Source: a virus
Lineage: Duplodnaviria; Heunggongvirae; Uroviricota; Caudoviricetes
Direction: 5' to 3' (one strand)
Virus record (IMG/VR): IMGVR_UViG_3300048850_000049
Span: 1-55,863 of that record
DNA: 55,863 nt
Positions 1-7,863 of this stretch are shown here, piece after piece (position 1 is the stretch's first letter; each line of letters starts with the position of its first letter). Made by a program: the position numbers and the translations under genes. The notes under the pieces are model-generated. The model did not search any database. It was not told the DNA's origin and saw only the letters and a program-made list of their open reading frames with translations.

Positions 1-332
1 ACCTGATGTTCCAGGACGGATGGACGGTTTCAGCCGGTATCGGCCACAAATTCAACGAGCAGTGGAGCGGATCGGCGCAGATCAGCTGGGATCGCGGCAC
101 GTCCACCGGCCTGACCACCCAGACCGATACCTATCTGTTGTCAGGCGGTGTTGCCTATTCGCCGAACAAGAATGTCGAGCTTCGCGTCGGGGGTGCCGTT
201 GGTATCCTAACGGCCGGCTCCTTTGGACCAACGGATTGCCCAGGCAATCAGCCATGCGGCACGGAAGTGACCTACGACTTCGGCGATGACTTTGTGTCGG
301 CGCTGTCGATCTCCGGCAAGGTCAAGTTCTGA
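1..332 (+). CDS. fadL: OmpP1/FadL-family outer-membrane beta-barrel, C-terminal part (5' truncated by the window)
   Basis: GWTVSAGIGHKFNEQWSG...WDRGTS...GVAYSP..NVELR beta-strands; terminal Phe (GKVKF); frame open at the window start. Confidence 0.75.
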   Translation, partial: LMFQDGWTVSAGIGHKFNEQWSGSAQISWDRGTSTGLTTQTDTYLLSGGVAYSPNKNVELRVGGAVGILTAGSFGPTDCPGNQPCGTEVTYDFGDDFVSALSISGKVKF

Positions 333-766
333 TCGTCTGTGGGGCCAGGATACATCGTAAACGGTATCTTGGCCTCATAAAGAATGTTCCGCACACTGTA
401 GCGTGAGCAGTGATGCTTATAAGCAATCTCCGCTGCAGCCATGCCCTTCTTTGCATCCTCGATAACAAGCTCCCGATCGATGACGCCTGAAACAGGCACA
501 TCGAGGAGCTCGCAGCGCTGCAGAGCCTTCTTGATTGTTGCGTAGCTCCGCCCGCCGAGTGCAATCCCTATATCTGTCAAAGTTACATCACGCATCCGAG
601 TCCAGATAGCGGCGATCGCATCGTCGCGCACGCCGCCGATGAATGTATCCCTGGTCCTGTCCTTCAGATCCTTGCTGGATAATCCGTTCTGACCAGCCAC
701 AGCGCTGATGATATCTTCCATGGACGGATCTACCAGGTCGTCGAGTGTATTAGCTTTGTTGTTCAT
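272..766 (-). CDS. Stand-alone DnaA domain IV (DnaA-box-binding HTH)-like protein with an extra C-terminal HTH-like segment
   Basis: IISAVAGQNGLSSKDLKDRTR...RDDAIAAI...TLTDIGIALGGRSYATI matches the Bac_DnaA_C pattern (SLxxIGxxFGGRDHTTV). Confidence 0.65.
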   Translation of the reverse strand: MNNKANTLDDLVDPSMEDIISAVAGQNGLSSKDLKDRTRDTFIGGVRDDAIAAIWTRMRDVTLTDIGIALGGRSYATIKKALQRCELLDVPVSGVIDRELVIEDAKKGMAAAEIAYKHHCSRYSVRNILYEAKIPFTMYPGPTDDQNLTLPEIDSADTKSSPKS

Positions 767-953
767 GCAATATTCCGGGACTCAGGTTTGTCTACCCGAA
801 TATCTATTCAACTCTCGATTGTATATGGTTTTCTGAAACAGGTCACTTGTGCCCGTAAGGGGGAAACCTAGTGTTAAGTTCCTGCTGATCCCAATCGGTT
901 CCCTTCGATTTCGCTGCTAAAATATAGCTATTCGCAACGAAACGAGGGCTGAA

Positions 954-1079
954 ATGACCATCTTGCATGACATGCCTACAGCCGCTGTAGACATTCCGGG
1001 GCTTGACGACGAAGAGCAGATTGGGGATTACAGCGGTGCCTGGATCCGTCAGTGGTTCGAGGCTTGGGGAACAGCATGA
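954..1079 (+). CDS. Small hypothetical protein (41 aa, MTILHDMPTAAV...WFEAWGTA)
   Basis: Translated by hand; GAGGG RBS upstream; follows a promoter-like stretch at 904-945. Confidence 0.4.
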   Translation: MTILHDMPTAAVDIPGLDDEEQIGDYSGAWIRQWFEAWGTA

Positions 1080-1169
1080 GTAGCATAGTCGATCGGTTTC
1101 TCACCGCGATCATCGTGGGTGGAGGTATGTTTGTAGCTTGGGCATTTCTGGATTTTTGGTGGTGAGAAT

Positions 1170-1481
1170 ATGACAGAGGAAGAGAGAGCGCTGCTGGAGC
1201 AGATGACCGCCGACCTTGTGAAGGAGGTGGACGAGGACGACAAGGTGGAGAAGCTCAAAGCGAACGAGCAATCCAAATATCTAGCAGCCTCATACGACAG
1301 GTTTTCAACCGGAGCGTTTATTGCGGCTCTGATCGCCTCGGGATTCACGATTACAACAAGCGGTTCTCTCTGGCCTAGACATATTTTGGTGATTTACGGG
1401 AGTCTGTGTATACTCTGGTTTTCAGTCGCCATCTTCCTACATTATCAGGGGAGAGTGGTGTTGGCGAAAGGACTTAGGTAA
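1170..1481 (+). CDS. Small membrane protein (charged N-terminus, 2 TM)
   Basis: Hydrophobic segments GAFIAALIASGFTI and HILVIYGSLCILWFSVAIFL; stop overlaps the next start. Confidence 0.6.
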   Translation: MTEEERALLEQMTADLVKEVDEDDKVEKLKANEQSKYLAASYDRFSTGAFIAALIASGFTITTSGSLWPRHILVIYGSLCILWFSVAIFLHYQGRVVLAKGLR

Positions 1482-1924
1482 TGACAGTGATGATCGTATT
1501 GGCATTCGTTTTGCCGCTCATCATAGCGGTCGGAGCTCATTTTTCTACAAGATCTGTAGTTAAGGAGACCGAAGCGGCTAAGTCGCGAGTAGCTAAGCTT
1601 CGCGGCAGAATTAAAGAAAACCGTCAGAAACTTATGAATTCTCAGCGGGAAAAATCGTCAATGGATACCATTTGGGAGCAGATGAGTAAGGACTTTGTTC
1701 CGCCCCCTTCGTTTGCTGAACGGATGGGAAGCGGCGTTGCTGTGCCTAACGAGCCTTTTCCTGGCGGAACCAACCTCTTTTTTGACGACATATGCTCCAA
1801 TGTGATGATAGGCTCCAATCACCCGAGCCAGCCAAAAAGGCCGGTGATATTGGTCGTTACGCCCGATGGCAAATCAGGCGCATCGGTTGTTCGCGGGCAA
1901 ATCGTCGGAGCCAAGCTCGCATAA
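1481..1924 (+). CDS. Membrane-anchored coiled-coil protein
   Basis: N-terminal TM followed by a basic coiled coil; translationally coupled to 1170..1481. Confidence 0.55.
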   Translation: MTVMIVLAFVLPLIIAVGAHFSTRSVVKETEAAKSRVAKLRGRIKENRQKLMNSQREKSSMDTIWEQMSKDFVPPPSFAERMGSGVAVPNEPFPGGTNLFFDDICSNVMIGSNHPSQPKRPVILVVTPDGKSGASVVRGQIVGAKLA

Positions 1925-1949
1925 CCAATCAATCAACGCTGGGACAGAA

Positions 1950-1976
1950 GTTAACGGCGGATTACCCGCCGTTAAC
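1950..1976. terminator. 11-bp perfect inverted repeat (terminator or hairpin)
   Basis: GTTAACGGCGG-attac-CCGCCGTTAAC just after the 1924 stop. Confidence 0.5.
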
Positions 1977-2020
1977 CATTTATTAATCCTTTAAATCAAG
2001 CCTTTATTAACATTAGCGGC

Positions 2021-2073
2021 GCCGCTCGTTACCTGCCGCACTCCAAGCGCTCATTCGCTATATTCAGAACATC
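2021..2073 (+). promoter_or_regulatory. Early-type promoter, copy 1
   Basis: 26-bp block (22/26 identical to 2717-2742), then CTATATT -10 and AACATC; 2045-2107 lacks GG/CC. Confidence 0.55.
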
Positions 2074-2426
2074 AAGAGCGAACGAAAAAGAACGAGCACG
2101 CAAATGACCTGGAAAGAGCTTTGAGGGTGGCTACCTCGACCACAAACGAGCCCGGCTGAGAGAAGGTCGTGAAAAACATACGGTAAAGCCTGTCGCAGCG
2201 GACAGCATATAATTCCGATAGTCGCCCCTCAGTCATGAGAACCTGGGTGAAACCATCCCTCCCCGTATGCCTCACAAGGTCTGGTCCTGTATCGGCCACA
2301 GGTGTTGTCACGGGTTTCGCTTGATTGCTCACGATCCGCACCCTTCGTTGAACTGCACCTGCGGCAGGACTCAAAGGGCAACGTCAACTCGGTGCGAGAT
2401 CAATGAACAATCGTGGAGATAGAGCG

Positions 2427-2714
2427 ATGTCCGACCGCATCACTACCCTCAAAGCCTTGCTGGACCATTGCAAGACAGCCGGCTGGGTTATGGTTTGCTA
2501 CCATGACGATCCGCTCGATCCTGATTATGCGGGCTCGGATCCGAAGGCTGCCTACAAGGCACTCACTGACTGCGACGAGATGTATCTCCGCATCCATGAT
2601 CCGCTATTCGATGAGCGCGTCGGGATTGCCTATATCGTCAACGAGCCCGGCCTGCCGGAGGGTGAGCAGATCAACAACTACGGCGGGCTTAAGCTGTCGG
2701 AGCTGCTTGACTAA
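2427..2714 (+). CDS. Hypothetical early protein
   Basis: GGAG RBS before ATG 2427 (MSDRITT...). Confidence 0.7.
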   Translation: MSDRITTLKALLDHCKTAGWVMVCYHDDPLDPDYAGSDPKAAYKALTDCDEMYLRIHDPLFDERVGIAYIVNEPGLPEGEQINNYGGLKLSELLD

Positions 2715-2716
2715 AA

Positions 2717-2768
2717 GCCGCTCATCGCCTGCCGCTCTCCAATCGCGCTTTTGTTAAAAAGAAACATC
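2717..2768 (+). promoter_or_regulatory. Early-type promoter, copy 2
   Basis: GCCGCTCATCGCCTGCCGCTCTCCAA repeat of 2021-2046, AACATC at 2763; 2741-2791 lacks GG/CC. Confidence 0.5.
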
Positions 2769-2793
2769 AGCAACGCAGAGAGCGAGCAACGCC

Positions 2794-3114
2794 ATGAAAG
2801 AGATTAAAGAAACCGAATACACCGAAGCCTATAGCGAAGATGCTATGCGCGAAGCCTTCGAGATTTTCGTGCAAATGCACGCCTATTTCGAAGTCCTCGA
2901 TACAACATCGGGTATCATCGGACACCTGGACCGCTGGTCCAATAACAAGTTCTACAACGCCTCTGCCTATTTTCAGCATGACGGCGCGAAATACGCTTTC
3001 GAGCGCGCCGAAGAAGCCGGCAAGCTGACGACCACCTATTATCGGTTCGACAACCTCGCCGAGGCTGCTGCCTTCGCCGCAAAGCTATTGACCGAAGTTG
3101 AGGAGGGTGTGTGA
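2794..3114 (+). CDS. Hypothetical protein
   Basis: First ORF of a tightly coupled operon (2794-4951). Confidence 0.75.
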   Translation: MKEIKETEYTEAYSEDAMREAFEIFVQMHAYFEVLDTTSGIIGHLDRWSNNKFYNASAYFQHDGAKYAFERAEEAGKLTTTYYRFDNLAEAAAFAAKLLTEVEEGV

Positions 3115-3326
3115 TGCCGTTTACACCGCGCAAGTCTTACGAGACGGACGATCGCCACGAAATGCGGCTCTCGGATGAGGACCAGGCGAAGATTCGCCGC
3201 GGTCGCTGGAAGGCTGAGGTGACGGATCTCAACACGGGCATTCGTTACGAGGTCAAAGGCGCTTCCTGCGGTCTGCCGCGGTGCTTCTGTGACGCCGTGG
3301 TCACGAAGGAGTTCGCCTGCTCATGA
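3114..3326 (+). CDS. Hypothetical protein with a C-terminal CGLPRCFCDA Cys motif
   Basis: GAGGAGGG RBS; start/stop overlaps on both sides. Confidence 0.7.
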   Translation: MPFTPRKSYETDDRHEMRLSDEDQAKIRRGRWKAEVTDLNTGIRYEVKGASCGLPRCFCDAVVTKEFACS

Positions 3327-3718
3327 ACCCGCACGACCTCGCCCAGCAGATGATTGCGAAGATCGAGGAGAGCTACGTGATGGCGTGGAACGGTCGCGGC
3401 ATCATTCAAAAGCCGTTCTTCCATATGTCCTGGCACTTCTTCGACCGTCGCCTGGGCGATGTGGTGCGCGAGCGTGTCTTCTCCGTAGAGGCGATCGAGA
3501 TCGATGAAGAATACCAGCGAAAAGGTATTCTGACAGCCTTCATCAAGATCCTCCTCGAGGACGACAGGCGGCCGGCGATCCCAATGCGGTTCATTCACTT
3601 CAAGGATTGCGGTCCGGACCTTTGCAGGCTGTTGCAACGCCTTCACTTTCATCGCCACCCGGTCGGACCAGGAACTGATTACTGGCATCCGGTCACAGGA
3701 CAAAAGGAACTACTATGA
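3323..3718 (+). CDS. GNAT-fold acetyltransferase-like protein
   Basis: VEAIEIDEEYQRKGILTAFIKIL resembles GNAT motif A (Q/RxxGxG/A). Confidence 0.55.
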   Translation: MNPHDLAQQMIAKIEESYVMAWNGRGIIQKPFFHMSWHFFDRRLGDVVRERVFSVEAIEIDEEYQRKGILTAFIKILLEDDRRPAIPMRFIHFKDCGPDLCRLLQRLHFHRHPVGPGTDYWHPVTGQKELL

Positions 3719-4098
3719 ACATTGAACCGAAGACCCTCGAGCACTCCAAATGGCTCTGGGACCTGGCACAGAATGAAGATCGTTCCGCGGAAGAGCGAAA
3801 GCGCCTGCGTGAGATCGCGGTGCTCATGCAATACCGCCCTGATATCAACATGAAGGGTGATTTTCAGTTCGAAGTTGGCAAGACCTACCTCACGCGCGGT
3901 GGGAAGCTGGTCAAGATCATCAACAAGACCGATACAAAGGGCTACGAGTGCGTCCAGGGCAATGACATGAACCCTGAGACCGGCTACCGCTACAGCCGCT
4001 CTACGGGCACCGCTGACCAGGGGCGCTGCACCGGTTCGCCGGGTGACAGCCCGAACAATCTTCTCCCGATCGAGGTCATCGACCCGAGGATCTCATAG
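3715..4098 (+). CDS. Hypothetical phage protein
   Basis: Coupled ORF; FEVGKTYLTRGGKLVKI SH3-like motif common in phage proteins. Confidence 0.7.
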   Translation: MNIEPKTLEHSKWLWDLAQNEDRSAEERKRLREIAVLMQYRPDINMKGDFQFEVGKTYLTRGGKLVKIINKTDTKGYECVQGNDMNPETGYRYSRSTGTADQGRCTGSPGDSPNNLLPIEVIDPRIS

Positions 4099-4101
4099 GC
4101 T

Positions 4102-4281
4102 ATGATCCGTCCTGACCTCGAGCCGGGCTTCTGGTGTGTTTACAACCCGTCAAAGAGCGCGGTCGGAGCCTTGTTGCAGCGCCCGGCAACCGCTATCACA
4201 GCGGACAGCCTGGCGAGCGCCTACATGCAAGACTTCCGGGCAAGTCGAACAAGGGAGAAGACCAGTGACAAGCCGAAATGA
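4102..4281 (+). CDS. Small hypothetical protein (59 aa, MIRPDLEPGFWCVYNP...)
   Basis: Translated by hand; fills the gap in the operon. Confidence 0.4.
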   Translation: MIRPDLEPGFWCVYNPSKSAVGALLQRPATAITADSLASAYMQDFRASRTREKTSDKPK

Positions 4282-4291
4282 AGTCAATAAG

Positions 4292-4495
4292 ATGATTGGT
4301 AACGCCATACTGCGCGACGGCCAGCTCGACAGCGAGTCCTCGATCGGGCAAGCGAATGACGGGACATTGTTCCTGCGGCTTCGCGACCAGGTGTTCCGGA
4401 TCGAGGTTACTGAAAAAGACCAGGTCATCGATCATGCGATGGCGATGGAAGAAGCCGAGAAGTTCATGAACGCCTTGCCACACACGTTTAAGTAG
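4292..4495 (+). CDS. Hypothetical protein (MIGNAILRDG...)
   Basis: Internal ATG of track ORF 4136..4495. Confidence 0.55.
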   Translation: MIGNAILRDGQLDSESSIGQANDGTLFLRLRDQVFRIEVTEKDQVIDHAMAMEEAEKFMNALPHTFK

Positions 4496-4505
4496 GGAAG
4501 CAAAG

Positions 4506-4724
4506 ATGCCAAAATACACGGTTGAGATACGGCAAGTCGGGATCGAGGCAGATAGTCCTATCGATGCGGCCATGAAGATCGCGTCCCTGATCGTCCAGAT
4601 GCAAACAGTTAACGTTATGGACGTGATCGATGAAAACGGCACCAGACACGCGATAGAGTTGACCGTTGAACAGACCTATCTGGCGATCGCGGATGCAAAT
4701 GCAATCAGAGCAACGCTAGGATGA
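4506..4724 (+). CDS. Small hypothetical protein, paralog of 4721..4951
   Basis: YTVEIRQVGIEADSPIDAAMK. Confidence 0.7.
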   Translation: MPKYTVEIRQVGIEADSPIDAAMKIASLIVQMQTVNVMDVIDENGTRHAIELTVEQTYLAIADANAIRATLG

Positions 4725-4951
4725 CGACCTACCGAGTAGCAACCTATGTCACCCTCGAGGCGGATAATCCGAAGGAAGCGGCGATGAAAGCCTTTGTGCT
4801 TCACGACGAGATGACCCCTGAGGACTTTGAGGTTGTCTCTCTTCCGGATATCAATGCTGTCGAGATCACCCTCGAGCATGAGGATAAGGACGAAGCCAGG
4901 GCCCAGCAGAGGGCTGGAGCCTACTTCCGAACCACGAACCTCAGGGACTAA
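4721..4951 (+). CDS. Small hypothetical protein, paralog of 4506..4724
   Basis: YRVATYVTLEADNPKEAAMK. Confidence 0.7.
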   Translation: MTTYRVATYVTLEADNPKEAAMKAFVLHDEMTPEDFEVVSLPDINAVEITLEHEDKDEARAQQRAGAYFRTTNLRD

Positions 4952-4955
4952 AACA

Positions 4956-4983
4956 AAAGGCGCCCTACCCGGCGCCTTTCTCT
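4956..4983 (+). terminator. Rho-independent terminator
   Basis: AAAGGCGCC-ctaccc-GGCGCCTTT followed by pyrimidines. Confidence 0.7.
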
Positions 4984-5000
4984 TACCTGCATGTCACCCA

Positions 5001-5032
5001 CGGCTATCCAGCTAGATGGCTAACCAGCTGTC
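5001..5032. repeat. 8-bp tandem array (parS-like)
   Basis: cggctatc cagctaga tggctaac cagctgtc. Confidence 0.45.
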
Positions 5033-5109
5033 GCGGGCGGATCCCATGCGACAATCTAGCTCCTTTGGGTGATTCGACTCTCGGCGAATCATTTCCAATA
5101 TAGGCAGCC

Positions 5110-5454
5110 ATGAACGATCAAACCTGGAAAGATGTGGAGATTGAGCACCTGGCCGTGCAGACCACGACCCTCGGGCGTATGCGCGTGTGCCAGACCGTGC
5201 GCGACCTTGCAGAGCAACTCCTCTACGACTGGCCGGACGAACCTGGTGAAAAGCACCTTAAGGCGCGTGAAGCCTGTATAGCCGCGCTCGAGGGCAAACT
5301 CTCGCCTGGCGTCTGCAGAATTGCCTTCCTGGAAGCGGCACAGGAGGACGGCGTGTGGACCATGGCGCCTAATCGACCTGAGCACGTCCCCGGCTACACA
5401 CCGCCTAGATGGAGCAACAAGCGCACAAGTCCATGGCGCCGCGGTAAACGATAG
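5110..5454 (+). CDS. DUF982-family protein
   Basis: V..TVRDLAEQLLYDWP...GEKHLKAREACIAALEG....AFLEAAQE typical of this rhizobial family. Confidence 0.75.
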   Translation: MNDQTWKDVEIEHLAVQTTTLGRMRVCQTVRDLAEQLLYDWPDEPGEKHLKAREACIAALEGKLSPGVCRIAFLEAAQEDGVWTMAPNRPEHVPGYTPPRWSNKRTSPWRRGKR

Positions 5455-5463
5455 CCTTTCGAC

Positions 5464-5497
5464 CTTGACTCCATAGGAATTTGTTCTCTATTTGTTC
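5464..5497 (+). promoter_or_regulatory. Sigma70 promoter overlapped by an alphaproteobacterial LexA (SOS) box
   Basis: CTTGAC at 5464; GTTC-tctattt-GTTC at 5483-5497 covers the -10 region, 3 nt before ATG 5501. Confidence 0.75.
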
Positions 5498-5500
5498 TCC

Positions 5501-5749
5501 ATGGTGAGACCAAAACACATGAGTCAGGTTCCGGACAACCGGAGATTCTCGGATCTGAGAGGCTTTGAGGATCTATACGGCTATTGCAGCGTCTGCGGCA
5601 GGAAGAGCCAGCTCAACAAATACGCCCTAGGGAAGCAATACGGCACCGAGACCTACATCAACAGCCTCAAGGGCAAGCTTCGCTGTGCAAGCGCCCAATG
5701 CGGCAACGTGAATGGCAATGTATTCGGAACGGTCAACCAGGGTCGTTAG
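5501..5749 (+). CDS. SOS-regulated small Cys-rich (Zn-binding) protein; candidate antirepressor or inducer
   Basis: CSVC...CASAQC; LexA box immediately upstream. Confidence 0.6.
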   Translation: MVRPKHMSQVPDNRRFSDLRGFEDLYGYCSVCGRKSQLNKYALGKQYGTETYINSLKGKLRCASAQCGNVNGNVFGTVNQGR

Positions 5750-6071
5750 GACAGAATGCCTGAAAGAGGGATTCTGTAACGAGGAAGGCCGCTCCGTATC
5801 CTCGCATTTCCGGATGAGCGGCAAGATGATTCTTCACCACGTCCACGATCTGTTGACCTTGAACTTTGTTCTTGATGCAGTATGGCCGACCGGTTCCAAG
5901 CCTCTGGTTCTCCAGCAAATCATAAACGCCAAAGATATAACCGCGACAGAGACCGTCAGCGACCTCGTTATTCAGAGTGCAAGCCTTGTGAAGCGTATTT
6001 CCGTCATAGAGATCCGCACGCGCCGGAATACTCGCTGCAACCATGGCAGCAATCAGTAGAAGACGCCTCAT
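5733..6071 (-). CDS. Rap1a/Tai-family immunity protein (exported)
   Basis: Signal peptide; GNTLHKAC...CRGYIFGVYD...YC...QQIVDVVKNHLAAHPE...AAFLVTESLFQAFCP. Confidence 0.75.
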   Translation of the reverse strand: MRRLLLIAAMVAASIPARADLYDGNTLHKACTLNNEVADGLCRGYIFGVYDLLENQRLGTGRPYCIKNKVQGQQIVDVVKNHLAAHPEMRGYGAAFLVTESLFQAFCPNDPG

Positions 6072-6129
6072 TCCCCACCCCCTGTTATAAGCGCATGTGT
6101 CATTCGATCCGCAGCGCTGTCAACTCAGA

Positions 6130-6363
6130 CTAGAACCGAGCCTTCCTGAATACGCGCCTAGGTGGCTCTGGTAGATCCTTAGGGTCGACGTCCACAAATC
6201 TCGACGCCTTGTAAGGCTTGCGAATACCCCTATTGGCACGGATCGTAATCTCGCCATTGAAGCGCCGCAGCACCAGGTAGAGCTTACCTTCAGTGAGATA
6301 GTCCGAGCCCGTGGCATCGATGCACCGGACATATTCAGGCCGATCGGGATAATAGACACCCAT
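6130..6363 (-). CDS. Hypothetical small SH3-like protein
   Basis: VRCIDATGSDYLTEGKLYLV motif; coupled to the upstream ORF. Confidence 0.6.
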   Translation of the reverse strand: MGVYYPDRPEYVRCIDATGSDYLTEGKLYLVLRRFNGEITIRANRGIRKPYKASRFVDVDPKDLPEPPRRVFRKARF

Positions 6364-6587
6364 TAAGGTTCAAGGTCCAAGGCTTGCTGAGAGATGGCAG
6401 CGGCGAGATTGCGGATACCCCGCCTTACCTCTTCCTCCGCCCAGCCTACAGCAACAGCCTCATCATGCAGGGCGACAAAGCCTGTCCGGTTTTCGATCGC
6501 CTCAAGAAAGTCCTGCTCCATCGCTTCCTCACAAGCAAGCTCCCGGTCCGGATGACCTTCAGGCAATTTAGGCGGCAATACAGCCAT
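6363..6587 (-). CDS. Conserved rhizobial-type hypothetical protein
   Basis: GGAG RBS; HPDRELACEEA...AVGWAEEEV..GIRNLA. Confidence 0.65.
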   Translation of the reverse strand: MAVLPPKLPEGHPDRELACEEAMEQDFLEAIENRTGFVALHDEAVAVGWAEEEVRRGIRNLAAAISQQALDLEP

Positions 6588-7582
6588 GACAGATCTCCAA
6601 ACCTTTACATCAAACCTGCCCAACCTTTACATCCGGCAAGCTTAGGCCACTCGAGGCCGCCTAAACAGCTATTTCAGGACCGGCCGATGTAAACGTTGCG
6701 ACCTGCAAAAAGCTCCAAAAACCTGACCAACGTTTACACTACCTTTCCACTATCTTGACGAGAACACCCGTTTTCAGCTTTTTTCGATTTTAGGCAAGGC
6801 AAACAGACACAAGAACCTCAATCATCAAAAGACTCATAGAAGCTCATAGAGAGCGACCAGCGTAGTGAGACGAGCACCGAAGCGTCTACGACAACCCTCG
6901 CAGTCACAGACGAACGTCGTAAGAACCCGATACGCCAGACACAGCAAGGGTTGAATACATATTCGACAGAGAGACCGATTGAAGCCCGACTAGTCGGTAG
7001 CCTAGAGAACATAGAGAACCAACAGAGAGAGAACACCCCAAGAACGAACCATGACGCAAGAGAGGAGCCCTTGAGAGAGTATGCCAGGGAGAGATATGAG
7101 TGGAGGGGAGAGATTGAGGGAATAGTTTGTGAGGAGGTATGCGGCCGCGCCTCGGTTCTCCAACGCCTTCCAACCAAGCCCACGACCTCCCGTGCCGATC
7201 CGCGGATAACCATGGCACCAACTGCCCTCGCCTGCCCTGATTGTCATCCAAGATGACCTGCGTTAGACAGAATCAACGAGATAGAGCGATGTCACCCGGA
7301 TCGTTCTCAAAGCGGAGCGCGCAAGCGTCCCTCTTTCTTCGTAGTTGCTGATCTTGCCGTCGGGTGCGAGCGAGACACCTTAAAGGCGCGTTGGTCTAAT
7401 CGGCTGACGCGCCTCTTTTCATGTCGGGGAATGGGTAGCTTTCCATATACCGGAGATCAGGATTCTCGACCTTATGGATCGCCGCGCCTTCCGATCTGCC
7501 GGACCTTTTCCTATGGCTGACAGAGGAGGTTCGCCCTACGTTATTTATTACCTAACGTATATTAAGGTTTAAGAAGGTAAGT

Positions 7583-7640
7583 AATAGACGATAGATGGAC
7601 GGGAACGGATAGCTCTCCGGCGCAACGGTTCGCGTCCGCA
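7583..7640 (+). repeat. ~58-bp dispersed repeat shared with 20664-20719
   Basis: AATAGACGATAGATGGACGGGAA...TCCGGCGCA.CG(G)TTCGCGTCCGCA. Confidence 0.8.
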
Positions 7641-7782
7641 TGACCCAAGGCACTCCACGGAGACCCGTGGCTGCAATAGACCTTCCCCGCTTCCGGCAAA
7701 CAACGCCCATGTATAGGACATAGGGCCGTGGCTCCCTGCCGTGATTACCCTATGCCGCCCCGTCCCTCACCACTACTACCCC

Positions 7783-7852
7783 TAGAATTCGCTTGCTATT
7801 GTCTAAACATCGAAAGCGCAGTGACTTTCGAACAACAAAAGCAACACTTTTA
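7783..7852 (+). promoter_or_regulatory. Early-type promoter and leader of 7864..8838
   Basis: TATTGT -10, then GTCTAAACATCGAAA (7801-7815), identical to the minus-strand 10910-10896; 70 bp without GG/CC. Confidence 0.6.
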
Positions 7853-7863
7853 GGAGAAAGACC

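Noticed and set aside
2067-2093. GAAC repeats as a LexA box
   Set aside because: Spacings are 9 and 6 nt, not 7.
2072-2374. Minus-strand ORF 2072..2374 and the 6-codon plus ORF MTWKEL (2104-2124)
   Set aside because: No recognisable motif or RBS, and the minus ORF runs into a plus-strand promoter. Coding status cannot be supported, though the mini-ORF could be a leader peptide or gene remnant.
6951-7256. ORF 6951..7256 and overlapping minus-strand ORFs
   Set aside because: Low-complexity translations of a purine-rich tract with no RBS or family motif.
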